From positions 12,214,001-12,278,000 of the forward strand of contig JBITNC010000002.1 in the NCBI GenBank assembly GCA_050084985.1: DNA of 64,000 nucleotides, in the 5' to 3' direction. Of this stretch, positions 1 to 13,250 are shown one piece after another. The stretch comes from Nageia nagi. Taxonomy: Eukaryota > Plantae > Pinophyta. The notes below the pieces were generated by a model. The model saw only the letters and a list, made by a program, of their open reading frames with translations, searched no databases and was not told where the DNA came from. The stretch's first letter is position 1, and each line of letters opens with the position of its first letter. Made by a program: the position numbers and the translations under genes.

Positions 1-3000
1 TACTTTTTTATTATTATTTTATTCCCAAACTTGTGATGGATGAGGATTTGCTCCCACAAGTTTGGAAGGGATATTGTAACGCCATGTGGCATTTTATTAT
101 TGGACCACTTATGTTTCTCTTGGTAAACATAATTAGGGTTAGGGCAACACTTAGGGTTGCCACAAAAACTATTTATAGCCCATTTGGGCTCATTTTTAAG
201 GGGATTAGATATTTTGCACTTGTGAGAAACTTAACTCCTATTTTCAATTAAACAAGTTGCTCCATTTGTGAATGTAGTATAGCTTCAAGTAAATGAATGG
301 TGAATGCTCTCATTGTTGGAACTATGAACATGTTGTGAATGCTTTGTTGTATATCTTGAATGAATGACTGATATTGCTATCTTGCTTTGCTCACGTTTGC
401 TTGGTTCATTTCATAAACCTTGTGTTGAGGTGGATAAGAGAATTTGTTGAATACCCTTTGAAGTAACCATTGAGTAAGACGTGATGTGCAATAGTTCATA
501 GTTTGCATGTTAGACTTGTGTTGTTTGGGATGACTTCTTTTATGTCGACTTCACTCCATCATTGAAGACTTAACCACGATCTACCCTATTGCCATCCTTG
601 CCTTTGCTTCATGCTCCTTGCACGAGTCCATTCGTGTTGATAGTTAGCGAGAAGGATACAAAGTGCATGGAACTCACATCAAGCTCTAGGAAAGTAGATC
701 CCAATCTTTGCACCAATCGGTGAGACCACATGCACTTGTGCTCAACACACATACCATTGTCTAGTCTACACCCTTTTTCTTTATTTTCCACTTTTTTTTC
801 CACGGCTTTCGCAACCCTATTTTTATTTTTGTTTGAGAAACAACCATTTTCTGGAAACAAGGACACTCCAAGTCCTTGATTAACAAATTTCATTTGAGTT
901 GGAAACAGCTTCAAACATCTTAGCCAATCTCCTGAGTTTACTCTTGCACCCATTCACGAGCCCTTTGAGGTAACCAATCCTCATAGCAGGTAGGGGTCAC
1001 GCCCTTCCACCTAGTTGTTGGTGTCTTTCACAAGCCTTACAAGTCAATTTGCCTATCGACGAGGTAGGAAAGAAGAAGCTCCCAACACCTCCCTACCACC
1101 CTTGTAATGTTTTATTATTTTATATTAGTTTACATTTAAATTTAATTGTAATGTCTTATTATTTTATACTTAATTTTCATATTTTTCTAATAATTTATAT
1201 TATATTTAAAATTAATATCTTTAATATTTTAATTATATTTAATTTTAATGTTTTTAACATCTAATTATATTTAATTTTAGTATATCAAATTTTATGTCGA
1301 ATTTTTTAAACATGTCAAATTCGTTTTGAACTTCAAGAGTGTCAAACTCAAATACGAACTCAAACTTGACTACCTAGGTTGTAGCTCATGCTGCATTCTT
1401 CTTTTCCTTCCCCATGCTATAGTTTCAAGGGAAGGTTGTATATCTCCACAAGGAACAAAGAAACCCCCACTGCATTGTGCCTCTCTACGCTATTACCACT
1501 TAAAGACCAAATGTGTAGGCCATGGGTAAAATTTGATGGCAATATTGACTCATGGGGTGTGTATTCATTGAAGCGGATGTTCCTAAGCCCAACTCCAACT
1601 TCAACCCAAGTTATTTAATTTTTCTATCTTCTCCAACTCGGAAGCAAGTAGAGTTTGCATCTTGCAAGAGACCTTGAGGTCCACAACTTCGTTAAAGCCC
1701 TACATCCCAATCAAATATCTTTGCAAGATGGTATTTGAACAAATTAATACTACCCTTGTAACTCTTATTGCAATAATTGCAAATTACTTGGTTATTAAGA
1801 AATCATTTCTTCCATGCTTCCAAGCAGGATCCTTCCCTGCAAATATGCTTGAATGCCCCTAATCTTTAGAAGCCATTTATAAACAAAAAACCTTTGAGTT
1901 ATAGGCATGCTAATAAAAAAACAAAAAATTGCTTGAAAAAAAATAAAAAACCCAACCTTTATAATTCTTAGTGAATCTACAAAGTGGAAAAAAAAAACAT
2001 TTGAGCTATGGGTATGCTAAAAATAAAACAAAAAAAAAATGAATTGCTTTAAAAAAAACTCTAAAATTCTTGATGAAAGACTCCAAATCCTTGGCAAAAT
2101 GCAAAATCTCCAAAGCTGAGGTCAAGTTTGCAAGCTAAAAAAAGCATAAGTAAAATGAAAAAAAATACACATGTTTTGCCCTCTAACCTACACGTCTATG
2201 TTTTTTTTTCCAATTTCGGTATTTTATTTCTTAAACTATTGTTGTTGAAACTCGGCAATAAGTTTCTGGTCAAGTTGCTTCCCAGGGTAAAAAATATGCA
2301 TTTCTCAATTACTTGTGATTATCCTATGATTTTTCTAACAATAATATGAATATAGTAACACAAGAAAACTTATGCTCAAATGTTTAGAACTAAATACCAT
2401 GGCATGCACTCATCCTTTAATCTCCATAAATAGAGAACGATCCTTTGCAATTAGAATATAAGTGACAAGGTTATGAATGCTACAATAATCAAAGAAGAAT
2501 GCCAAACATGAACATATTTTAATTGTTATGAAAGTTGGTGAATATTCAATTTATGAGGCCAAATATGCAATGAACTACTCTAAACATATTATTGCCTAAA
2601 AATTTGACAAAAACCGCATAATCTTCAAGTAATCGTGAGGCCAATTATTTGGCAACGCATGCATCCTACAACATTTATTTGATGTAAGTTGCAAAAAAAC
2701 AACACATGCTGTAAGTTTTGTTGTTCGAAATTGAAGAGTTTAGAATAGAAGTGGAGAAGACTAAACCCAACCTTTCTGTGATGCCAAAATTCTAGTAATT
2801 GTATTTTACACCGGTGAAAGTGGATTTTACAGTAGCAGGAATCATCATTTTCAACATAAAATTAAGAAGCAATTTCTAAGATTTTTCTTCTAGTACTATG
2901 TTTGTCCTTTAAGATTGTAGCATTGTAGTTAAAAATAGTATCTAGGGATGAGCTTGTGGATTTTTTCTTTGTTGAATGTTGATGTTTAGGATAAGGAGAC

Positions 3001-4932
3001 AATGAGCGAAGGGGCATGCCTTGGATGAAAACATTATGAGGACGTGGTCGACCACTTGCAATGTAATTATCATGGTTAAAATAGACAAGCTCGGATTAAC
3101 TACATGAAATTCCATCTCGCCTACATTTTAGTTAGGGATGAGGTGTGCCCAAGCATGGAATGAGATGTAGTGGGGAGAGAAATGCCTACCTTGAGAGCTT
3201 CTTTGAGAAGGAGAAAAAGAAGAATGTTAAGGTAGAAAAAAGGAACACCTATGCATACATTCCACCTCCTATACCTAGTTTCACTCAAAGTAGAATTGGG
3301 CCTACAACTCGATATGGTTCTTCTAAAGTTAATTCTAGCGCACCTTCTACTGCTAGTTCACTTTGTCTTTCTCATAATAATCAAGGTGGCCAAACATTAC
3401 TTGAGGTGAGGCAATTAGTTGGAACAAGGAAAAACATGCAACAATGAAAAAGGCAATGGCAAACTATTGGTGTTTGTGCAACATTCCTTTCAATGTTGCA
3501 AGGTTCACCATAATATGATACCATGGCGAATGCATTGATTTTGTGGTGTGTGGTTCAAACTCCGAACATATGATGATTATCAAGGCCCCCTCATTATCAA
3601 CTTGCATAGAAGATGTACATTTTCTTATTAAGAAGCAAAAACAATCATGTCCTATGGATAGACCAATGAAAGAGGTCAAAAATTGACAAGATAAAAACCT
3701 AGGTGGGCATTGTTCACATTGTTAAAGGATGCAATGTTAGAGGTCAGGCCACAAAATATGGTCCAAGATGTCACAAGCAACATGGAAACATATGTGTGAG
3801 CAAGGAAACTTCTTGAATAAAGATTTCCTACAATTTTTGGGACTCCTTGAGCATCCCATTTTCTTGAACTAATATTGGAGAACATAAAAAAAAAAAAAAA
3901 TTAGTTGAGTGAAAAAAATAATGGACAATGCAAAAAATATCACTGAGTACATTTGCAACCATTCCTAGTTTGGAACTTGATGAGGCAATACAAGGATGGG
4001 AAGGAGATTGTTAGACCTAGCATCATATGATTTGCCAGCAATTTCTTCACCTTCTATAGCCTTCATTCCAAAAAGATATGGTTGAAAAGGATGTTCAAAT
4101 GGACAATCTTTTTTTTCCAATTTAGAAGAAGCCCTCCTTATTTGGAGAATAATTTTTTATAACATTTTTTGGAGGGCTTCACATGAGATCATCCAAGTTA
4201 GTAGTGATTGGTGATTTCAAAGTTCTTTTTTTTAATCTTTTTTCAGGTGGTCAAGTTTTTAGTATTTTATTTTCTTCATATGTTTAGGTGTTGGAACTAT
4301 TAATGAATGTCCTTTGTATTGTTAATGATCAAGACAAATCACAAATAGTTACTTGTATAAGACCATGGATGAGAACAAGGAGACCATCGTATGTTATTAC
4401 TTATTACAAATACATGGAGGCTCAGCACTGCCCTTTTTAAGGATTGATTAACTAGTTAGCTTCATAAGCCCATTAATGCAACAAGTTTTTTTTTTGGGTA
4501 AATTTGAGTTTATGTAGGTAGGGACCCAAACGCTACATTTCAAGGAGTTTTTTGAATAGGGTTTCAAACTCGTGTTACAAATTATGAGTTTGTGGATCTA
4601 TCAATGATGTCTCCGAACAGTTACTAAAAATGAAACTAAAAAGGAAATTACAGAGATAATCAATTTAATCCATCGATGAATCTAAGAGGATCTTCAAAAG
4701 TTTAACCTTATATTATGTTATCGCAGCTCCTTGGCTGCATAGAGTAAATCTCAAGCAATTTGATTGCCGCCCATTTAATCTTTGTTGGATCATTTTAAGT
4801 CTTTCATCCCAATCTACATTATGAAGCCCATTGAATTTCAAAATACCCATTTTGGAGAGCCATTTTGCTCTATTGATTTTTCCCTCAATAGCATAGGATT
4901 TGGCTTCTAAGTTAACACCCTTATCTTCCAAT

Positions 4933-5591
4933 CATGGTTACACCGAAGCGCACACCAAGATTTCCCAAAGGCGCTCCGGCTGCACCTGCCAAAGCAGCCC
5001 CAACGTTTCGGATTAGCCAAAGTGGTTGGAAACCTAATGGTGTGGTTTGAAATGCCGCCCGAAGCAGCCCCAAAGCGTATAAGACGCTCCGCAACAGCTT
5101 TGGGCAATGCAAAAAAATTTACAACATTTAAAAAAAAAAAAGGCCAAAAATAAAAAACTAAAGCATGGGAATAGGTCCCACTCATGTCTCCACCCCCTAA
5201 ACCCTAAAAGCACACTATAAACCTCTCAAACTTAGTCTCCATTCTCATTTTTTATGTGCAACCCCAAGAAAAAAGCAATGAAGAAGAAAAAGCATAGCAG
5301 TAAGGAAGATAGAAGTGCTTCAAACTTGTCATTTAATGACATTATGGCTTGTTTTGATTTCTCATTTTTGCCTTTCATTCATAATTGATTGATAATTGAT
5401 ACTAATTTCACTTTGCCTACCAAATCGGAGCCGCTCCCTCGTCGAATCAGAGCTGCTCTACCTGCCGAATAGGAGCCGCTCCGCTCACTGAATTGGAGCT
5501 ACTCCGCCTACTGAATTGGAGCCGCTCCCTAAAAATGACCTCCATCGCTTTGGAATTCCGGAGCATGCTTCGTCGCTCCTGACTCACCATG
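4933..5591. mobile_element. Putative MITE-like insertion inside the LINE
   Basis: Termini CATGGT...ACCATG, GC-richer subterminal repeats, no coding content; no clear TSD. Confidence 0.45.
5415..5529 (+). repeat. ~23-bp tandem repeat x5 (GCCTACYGAATYGGAGCCGCTCC)
   Basis: Five directly adjacent imperfect units with no spacers. Confidence 0.85.
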
Positions 5592-7659
5592 GAACCTTTC
5601 TTCTAGTGAATATCCAACAATGTTTAGGGATTTCTAAGTGGTTCTCTTTGATGCCTTCCTCTTTATAGTGAAATTGGGTCCTGTTAGTTCCTTCTTGAAA
5701 CTCTATCCTTTTGCTCCTCAATGCTTCTCTTCCTTCAGAGTTCAGATCATCTACCACAAGAATCATATTGATCAGACAGTGTTCAGTTTGAGCTCATTGA
5801 AGCATGAGTTCAATTTATTTTAATTGAATCTTCCTCAGATAATGCCTTTTGTGGGGTTAATGACGTATTGAGCTGCTAAAATGTGTCCCAAATTTTCTGA
5901 ACATTGCTTGAATTCAATCATTTTTTCTTTGTTTAGAGAACATTTCGTCATTTTCCAATGAATCTCAACCAAGATAAGCCACATTGTTTTCAATTGGTCT
6001 TTCCAAAGAGCCATGAGATTTATGTTTGTTCGGATTCATGAAAACTTGAGTCTTCTTTTTGCATCCTTTGTTGCCCCATTTTCAAGAAAGTTCCACCCTT
6101 CAAAAATCCATTGATAGTTAGGTCATGCGATGGAGTCCTAATGTCGATCTTATTCATGCGAGGGTCTACATGATCACGAATCGCGAAACCCTCTTTGAAC
6201 GCAAGGATTCTTTTGATCCACTGTTGAAAGAAATTCTTTCCTTCGATACCAATAATTGGGTCTTTGGCATTGAGAGCCCAACTCTCTTGTCGGAAGAGTC
6301 ATCTGCAATTCATACCATTCATGATGCCCTTGCTTGGATCATTGTCAAAGGTCAAATTCTGCATCTTTGAATCTTTTTGTGCCTTGCCACCTCTTGTAGG
6401 GTTTGCAAGGGTTGAGCCAACCAAGTCTTTTGTTGCTAGGCTTCGTCGTTTGCCATTGCACAATATCTTTTACTATCCTTTAAACCCAATCCATTAATGC
6501 AACAAGTTACTATTTGAATATGAAATAGTTCTATGATGAGACATTTGTGGCTGATAGGGTAGTTCCCAATGGCCTTTCTATCTGCCTTAAGAGCATGGTA
6601 TAAGAAAACATGAAGATGGATGACAGACAAACAAAGTTGCAAATTTTCAAGAATAAAAAGGCTATCTTTTCTCAAGTGCACTATGCAATAGGTCTCAAAC
6701 AACCCAAAATCCAAGTAATATTTTTTTTTATCTTTAATTTCTATTTGAATTTTTTTTTTAAATGGTAGGAAGTTCATCAATGCGAAATTAGCAATCTGAA
6801 TTGTACCCCAACCCTATAGCTCTTCTAGTTGTGACTGTAATTAGAGTGTGATTTGAACACATTCACTCCAAAAAGCATAACAGATTAGCTTAGGAATGCT
6901 TGAATAATGTGGTATAAGTCCACTACAATCTCATGCTTTTTCACAAATAAATAGATGGAGCCAATAAAGATGTGATCGATTTCAATGAGATTGATTCAAT
7001 TTTTGAGTGGATCATAGAATTTGAGACTAGAGAACTAGCAGAGGAGAACGTATGGTTCAAAACTGATAATCTTACACACTTAGAGAATCAGATAGAAGAA
7101 GAACATGAAGTCATGGAACAAGCACAGAATGCAGGCCCAGGGATCTGCAACTACAGCAAAGGGTAAGGTGGAAAAAAGGGCACATCATTGATGCATTTTT
7201 GTAGTAAAATTGTGTATGTGTTTTGATAAAACATTATGTATTTACAAGATTAATGCAAGAAAATAGATGCAATTTATTTAAATTTAGTATTTTTAGTTTG
7301 TCATTTTTTGCAGAATATTCTTCAAACTACCAAATTTCAAAAAAATTGACCCAAACAAATAATAGTTGAACCAAATTTCACTACTATGGTTTATAGTTCA
7401 TACAATATAAATATGAATATTTACTCCACATAAGGAAATTTTGTTACTTACTATCCACACATGACCAAATTACATACATGTCACTTAACAAGAAAAGCTG
7501 TCTTAAATTTTTTTTCACAAGCCCAATAAAGGCTCTAATCCTAAAAACCAAAAAGGGAAACAAAACTGAATTATAATAATATACAAGATATATTTGAGTA
7601 ACATTTTATCGTTATACAGAATGCACTTCATAAAGCAAAGTAGGATCTAAATGTAATAG

Positions 7660-8240
7660 TGTAAGACACTTTCACCATCAATCAACCCAAAAGACCTGAT
7701 ACAAAATCCAAACAAGCTTATCTGCTGAAAAGTAGATGACAAAGTTTATCTCATAAATGTATTATGCTAATGCTGTACATGTAACGTAAGTTTATAGAAT
7801 GAAGCCAGATACTGGTGTAAGCTAGATAACTCAAAAGTAGATATAACATCCATTAAAATGCATTGTAGACTGTGTTTCTACCAAATAATATCCAAGATAT
7901 ATTAGACTAACATGTGATTGCTCTTGAGAACGCAATGCATTGGATTCAAATGAGTATTGAATGGTACAAGGCACATTTTCACCATCAATCAACCCAAAAG
8001 AACTGATACAAAATTTGATGACAAGCTTATCTGCTAAAGAGTAGAAGAAAAAGTTTATCTGCACACTTTATAAATGTATTATGCTAATGCTGCTTATGCA
8101 AAGTAAGTTTGTAGCAACAAGCCAAATACTGCAGACATTCTGAAAGTTAGTTAATTCAACAGTAGATAATAAGATTCATTAAAATCTATGGTTTAGTTAA
8201 TTCAACAGTAGATAATAAGATTCATTAAAACCTATGGTAC
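7660..8240. repeat. Local ~307-bp direct duplication plus a ~45-bp tandem duplication
   Basis: TTCACCATCAATCAACCCAAAAGA at 7671 and 7978; TTAGTTAATTCAACAGTAGATAATAAGATTCATTAAAA twice within 8147-8230. Confidence 0.8.
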
Positions 8241-8434
8241 ACTCTGTCTTCCATATCTTGTACACTATACTAATTCAGTTTTGCTTCCCTTTTTGCTTTT
8301 TCGGTTTAGAACCCCTTTCAAGTTTCTACAGTTTTTTGAAACACAGGCACATTGTTTGAGTTCCATTAACCTACTTTGGTTACCTGCAGCTGTTAATTAA
8401 ATTCCTTTCTTTCTATATTTGTGAAAGAAAATAC

Positions 8435-8518
8435 CTGCCAACAGCTCGTCCAAAATCAGCACAAAGTGATCGGACATATGTTCCTTTTGAACAGGTAACT
8501 TTGAAAATTAAGTTTTGA
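8435..8518 (-). CDS. truB: truB exon 7 (QNLIFKVTCSKGTYVRSLCADFGRAVG)
   Basis: Acceptor TTGCAG|T, donor GGCAG|GTATT; 84 nt; contains the GTYVRSL motif. Confidence 0.95.
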
Positions 8519-8793
8519 CTGCAAAGATGACAAAACACGGATTTATTTTCATCTTCTAAGCAATGTCTTGGCACTTGCAGAAGGCAGAATTGTCAGAGGA
8601 CAAAGTCCTAGAAAAATGATTTCTCAGGATAATAATAAAATAAGGAACTGATGGCATTTGAATGGGAAAATAAAACCAGTTAACATGGATCAAGTTCTAA
8701 TCCATTTCAATTGGGATGTTATACAAAGAACATTATCCCAAGATGTCTAACCTGATGGTAAAATATTTATTACTACCAGTCATGTGGACTCAC

Positions 8794-8903
8794 CGATCGT
8801 CTAAGCTTCGCTGTACTTCAAACTTGTATATGGAAACTTTTCTTGGCGGAAGATCTATTGTTTCTCCTCTTCTTGCTTTATCATACATCTTCTCTCCTCC
8901 AAC
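8794..8903 (-). CDS. truB: truB exon 6 (VGGEKMYDKARRGETIDLPPRKVSIYKFEVQRSLDD)
   Basis: Acceptor TTGTAG|GTT, donor CG|GTGAGT; 110 nt. Confidence 0.95.
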
Positions 8904-9518
8904 CTACAATTACAGTCAAAAATTTTGCATGAAACATGAATGGATTTCACTGACAATACTGATTAACTAGTGAAAAATCACCATGGTTTCTATAACCTTG
9001 AAAACCAAACATGAGCATCTTATCAAAAATAATTACTGAATAAGGGCCCACACACACACCAAAATGAAAAGAGAGTTAATTACTAAAACTGCTGCCACTG
9101 CATATCCAGCTACCATGGATGTATTTAGGAAACTTACAATAAAAGAAATTGAAGTATGCTTAAGTGACTAAAAAGTGATATATGAACCTGTAAGATACAA
9201 TAACATAGCAACTACAGTTTGTGAGAGCTTGTTCTTACGTAACTTAAGAAAGAAATAGCAATGCAACAATACAAGATAAAGATGTGACAAGAGAGAGAAG
9301 CCTAGTGAACTATATCAGAACATCAAAATAAATATGGAAGATTGCATAGTTTTCAGGTGTACTTCAAGTCCATACACATCAGCTATATCATGCCCAGTTT
9401 TCAACAAGTAATTAGAATTAAATGACCTTGACCTTGTATAACATTGAAAACTCATCCCACTTACAATGAAAAAGAACATAGCAATGTATTCGAAAAATAT
9501 TTGCCAACATGGTCACAC

Positions 9519-9629
9519 CTTGATAGCAGAAAACATTGGTGGAACTTGCAATATCTCTCCATGAAATGATCTAACAGCTTTTTGAATATCCTCATCTCTA
9601 ATGTGTTCCCAAGGTTCCCTTTCGATGAC
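9519..9629 (-). CDS. truB: truB exon 5 (VIEREPWEHIRDEDIQKAVRSFHGEILQVPPMFSAIK)
   Basis: Acceptor GTACAG|GTC, donor AAG|GTGTGA; 111 nt. Confidence 0.95.
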
Positions 9630-10132
9630 CTGTACACATTTAGTTTTCAAGTCACAATCTCAAGCACGTTGCTATACATATGTAGCATGTAACCATACAA
9701 CCACCATTCCACTATCCCAAGAGATGGTTATTGCATTCATAATGATAAAATCACAAAAGAGTTACTTTCGATGTGTATAATTAACCACATAGCAGAAATA
9801 AAGTCCTCAAAAGCAACCAGCATCATTTTCTTGTGTCATTTTATATATCTAAAAAGTGACACATCATCCACTGAAGAATGGCATTTCCAAGAGTCTCGTC
9901 AAGACTTGGATGAAGGCTGGCATCTGTGTAGGCTCTTACTACGCCAGAAGAGACATTGTCAAAAATGAACCCACCAGCAATGGTTCTATATGCATAGTTA
10001 AAAGCTTTTAAAAACTGAATCAAACTTTCAATTGTGATATGGAGTGGTAGGGGTCCAAGTGTTTTTTCCCCATCATCCTGAGCATCATATGATACTTGTA
10101 CATTTGTATTTGGGCAATTGAATTTCTTATAG

Positions 10133-10583
10133 CAATGTTGGAAAACTCGGACTTGGGAACTACTTGGCAAGAAAAATTTTGGAGAGTACTTAAAAACTCA
10201 AATAGTACTCAGGAAACACTTGGCACAAAATCTCGACAAATAAAGACCTTGAACATTTCGTGAAAAAAAATATACAAAAATATATTTAAATATGAATTTG
10301 ATGGTGAATATTCAAATCCTTCACAAACTGAACTGCAAAACAAAAAATTAAACAAACACAATGGAATGAGAAGAATGAAACACAATGAAGCAGTTAAAAG
10401 GCACTTTTTCATGTTGACTATATTTTTTTCATGTATTTTTGGGCTCTGTTTTGACAATAAGCTAGTACCCGCCAGGGCCAAGTAATGTCGCCTGGTTACT
10501 CGTCTCGCTCATAAATCGCAAGTAATTGCCAGTTATGTGTACCTGTGAGTAACTGACGATTACTCACACATTTTTGAACAGTG
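10133..10583. mobile_element. Non-autonomous hAT derivative (MITE) related to the element at 26741-30259
   Basis: Left end CAATGTTGGAAAACTCGGACTTGGGAA matches 26741 CAAGGTTGGAAAACTTGGACTTGGGAA; right end TTTTTGAACAGTG; 8-bp TSD-like TCTTATAG/GCTTAAAG (6/8). Confidence 0.8.
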
Positions 10584-10974
10584 GCTTAAAGTACTTTGGG
10601 AAGTGTAAGTGTTTGATATAAATGCTGATGACTTTGTGCCCAAGGGTCATGTATGTGACATCTCAGTAGCGAGTGATTAAAGTAGAAACAGCTATGTGGT
10701 GCATGCATAAGTCGGAGCAAACTCATGAGTTTGTATCATTATCTGTTATAATACAAATTTATTTGGGCCTATGTTTATTTCTTTCATTCTTTCATACCTT
10801 TCTGTTCTGTTAATCTCTAAAATACACCCGCATGTTTTCATATATTGATATGAGAGCCTGCAGTTAATTTTTTGGAGTGAAGAAACTTGATTTGAGTTTC
10901 TATTTAACTAATAAATTCAAACCTTAAGTTTCTGAAGAAAGACTTCAAGACTTTTGTTTCAATTTTCATAGCAA

Positions 10975-11185
10975 CAAGGAGTCTTCATTGCCAATTCCAC
11001 AGTTTGAAGGTGAGAATTATGTTTATTGGTCTCTAAGATGAGCCTTCTTCTCATAAGCAAAGATGTGTGGCGCATTGTTGGTAGTGGTTATCATGAACCC
11101 AAAGGAATAAAATGCTCTCAAGGATAACAATATGAAGGCCAAGAAGGAAGACTTGCTTGGGCCTTCGAAGTTCTCCATCTTTTCC
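10975..11185 (+). mobile_element. Copia gag N-terminal remnant
   Basis: Translates LPIPQFEGENYVYWS...LLISKDVWRIVGSGY, typical of a Copia gag start. Confidence 0.65.
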
Positions 11186-12707
11186 TGAGAAAATGGAAAC
11201 TGATGCAAGATCTGATTATTATGAATTTGGAATACAAATATATAGTTCTGTGGGAGAACTAGTAGACAAACAAGTGGTTGAGAAGTATTCTTCTCATGAC
11301 TCACAACTAACTACAACAAGTCAAACCATGTGGTTAACAAACCACTACAAGACAATACATACAATCCATGTGACTACAACAAGCTACTACATGACAAGCT
11401 AATAAATCTAATGACTTAGACTTTAGGGATAATGTTTATTCCAACATTCTCCCATTTGATGCTGAGGGACTCTTTCAAGAGTTCATAAGCATCACAAACT
11501 TGGAAGAAACTCAATCCTTCCACTTCTTGTCTGGGTTGTCCTCCATTGTTGATGTTGCTCCTTCATAGTGTAAATAATTGAGTGCCATTTGATGAAAGAC
11601 TCCCCTTCATCAAAACTTTCTTGTAGTGGCATTCCATCAATGCCATAAGTATTGGTTTTCAAGAACCAATCTCTCTCACAATGGTCTTTGAACCATTCTT
11701 CTTTTACATCATTACATTTCCATACTCCACATGAGTATGTTTTAATCATCTCGCAATGATGATTATATATCATGACACTTTCACAACCCTCTACACACAC
11801 TTTCAAACAATAGATAGCCAAACATTGGCTAATGACATATGCAACCTTAAGTTGCTCCTCACACAAATTTTCTCTCCTCACAATGGTTATACATAACACA
11901 TTATTTCCTTTTTCTCCATTTGAGTCCAAGTGACTCAAGATCTCTATTTCTATCATGGTCTTCAATGATGCCTTTTCAAGGCATGTACGCCTTGTCAACT
12001 TCAACTCAACTACTTTCAGGCTTGAGCACACCAGGCGCAATTATTCTTCAATATTCTACACATATGACTCTTTTGGGTAGAATTCACAGGCTCGCAATTA
12101 TTTTGACAGGTTCATTGTTCACCAAATAGAACACACAGCACCAAGGGTCTTCCCTGACTTCCAAAGGGCTTGGTTCAAGCTTGGCGACTCTCCTTTAACA
12201 ATAAATGGGCCTCTCCAATGCTACATTTTCTCACAGCAGTTGTTTCCTAATTTTTTCAAAGCAAGCATTTAGTCTATTCCAGATTTTCTCTCAATCTTCA
12301 AAATAGCAAACACCTCACAAGTTGGCTGCCATATAGGTTGCACATTAACAAACTTTTGATGACAATCCTTGAAGAGTTTGATAAGATCTTTCAAGACTTC
12401 ACCCACTCTAACTCAATCCAATGAATCAACTAGTTCTGATACCAATTGAGAAAATGCAAACTGATGCAAGATCTGATTATTATGAATTTGGAATACAAAA
12501 ATATAGTTCTGTGAGAGAACTAGCAAACAAATAGGTAGTTAAGAAGTATTCTTCTCATGACTCACAACTAACTACAACAAGCCAAACCATATGGTTAACA
12601 AACCACTACAAGAAAATACATACAATCCATGTGACTACAACAAGCTACTACATGACAAGCTGATAAATCTAATGACTTAGTCTTTAAGGATAATGTTTAT
12701 TCCAACA
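11186..12707 (-). mobile_element. Small non-autonomous LTR retrotransposon (TRIM/SMART-like)
   Basis: 261-bp TG...CA LTRs at 11186-11446 and 12447-12707 (about 15 mismatches by hand count); perfect TSD TTTCC; minus-strand tRNA-Met PBS (TTCTGATACCA 12434-12444); PPT-like tract at 11447-11460; ~1 kb internal with no recognisable pol. Confidence 0.92.
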
Positions 12708-12919
12708 TTTCCCATAGTTTTATTCTTGGGATAAAGTCAAAGGCCTTAGCAATATCTACAAAGCATAAATAACTAGTATTAACTTTTTCTTGTTCTTTAT
12801 TGATAGTAGCTCTAAGATTCACCAAATGATTGATGGTTGAATGCTTAGGTCGAAAACAATGCCATCACCACAATCAGGTTCTACACCACTTCAACATTGG
12901 AGATAAAGTCTAGTTGTGA

Positions 12920-13250
12920 CTTCAAAAGGAGAGACACATGAGACCACATTGAATGATCAGACCCTTGCACTATGGTTCTTATACCATCACCCAGAAAGTG
13001 GGGGAGAATGCTTTCGAGTTGGATCTTCCATCTTATCTTCGTCTACGCCCCATCCTCAATGTAGAGCTACACAAGCCTTATCATCCATCTTCATTAGACA
13101 CTTCTGCAGTTGTAGAACAATTAGAGATTGAAGAACTCAATCCTAATAGCCTTGCACTAGTAAAGGAAGATCAAATCATGGATACATGGACTGAAACCAC
13201 ACAAAGACAGCCCATCCAAATGTACAATCCATCAATGTTGAGCTAGGCCA
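12920..13250 (+). mobile_element. Gypsy integrase C-terminal (GPY/F) remnant
   Basis: ORF 12953..13246 IRPLHYGSYTITQKVGENAFELDLPSYL...NVE.HKPY. Confidence 0.75.

Larger units (their letters stand above)
4488..6490 (-). mobile_element. 5'-truncated LINE (L1-like) insertion with poly(A) and 18-bp target-site duplication
   Basis: CCATTAATGCAACAAGTT occurs at 4470-4487 and 6491-6508; a poly(T) run follows the left copy; the insertion splits the hAT LHKPINA motif. Confidence 0.75.
2990..7385 (+). mobile_element. Heavily decayed hAT transposase remnant, interrupted by a LINE
   Basis: Degenerate BED-finger (GINxMKFHLA ~3090), an LHKPINA..Y motif at 4460/6490, and a C-terminal dimerisation domain resembling LAIRILSQPCSSSGCERNWS.FEHIHSKK.NRL at 6785-6935. 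Boundaries are approximate. Confidence 0.75.

Noticed and set aside
989-1015. Helitron-like 3' end (GC hairpin followed by CTAG|T); a similar motif lies at 52161-52190
   Set aside because: The hairpins are imperfect and I found no matching 5' end or helicase sequence.
5415-5529. CRISPR-like array
   Set aside because: Repeats are directly adjacent with no unique spacers, and the context is a eukaryotic TE.
8380-8389. Possible terminal truB mini-exon (AG|C TGC AGG TAA = S-C-R-stop)
   Set aside because: It needs a 45-nt intron, too short for typical plant introns, and would omit the conserved C-terminal motif.
9841-10130. Protein-looking minus-strand stretch (AGGFIFDNVSSGVVRAYTDASL...)
   Set aside because: No family recognised, it is not needed for the TruB frame, and the ORF start lies inside a MITE. 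A BLASTX would settle it.
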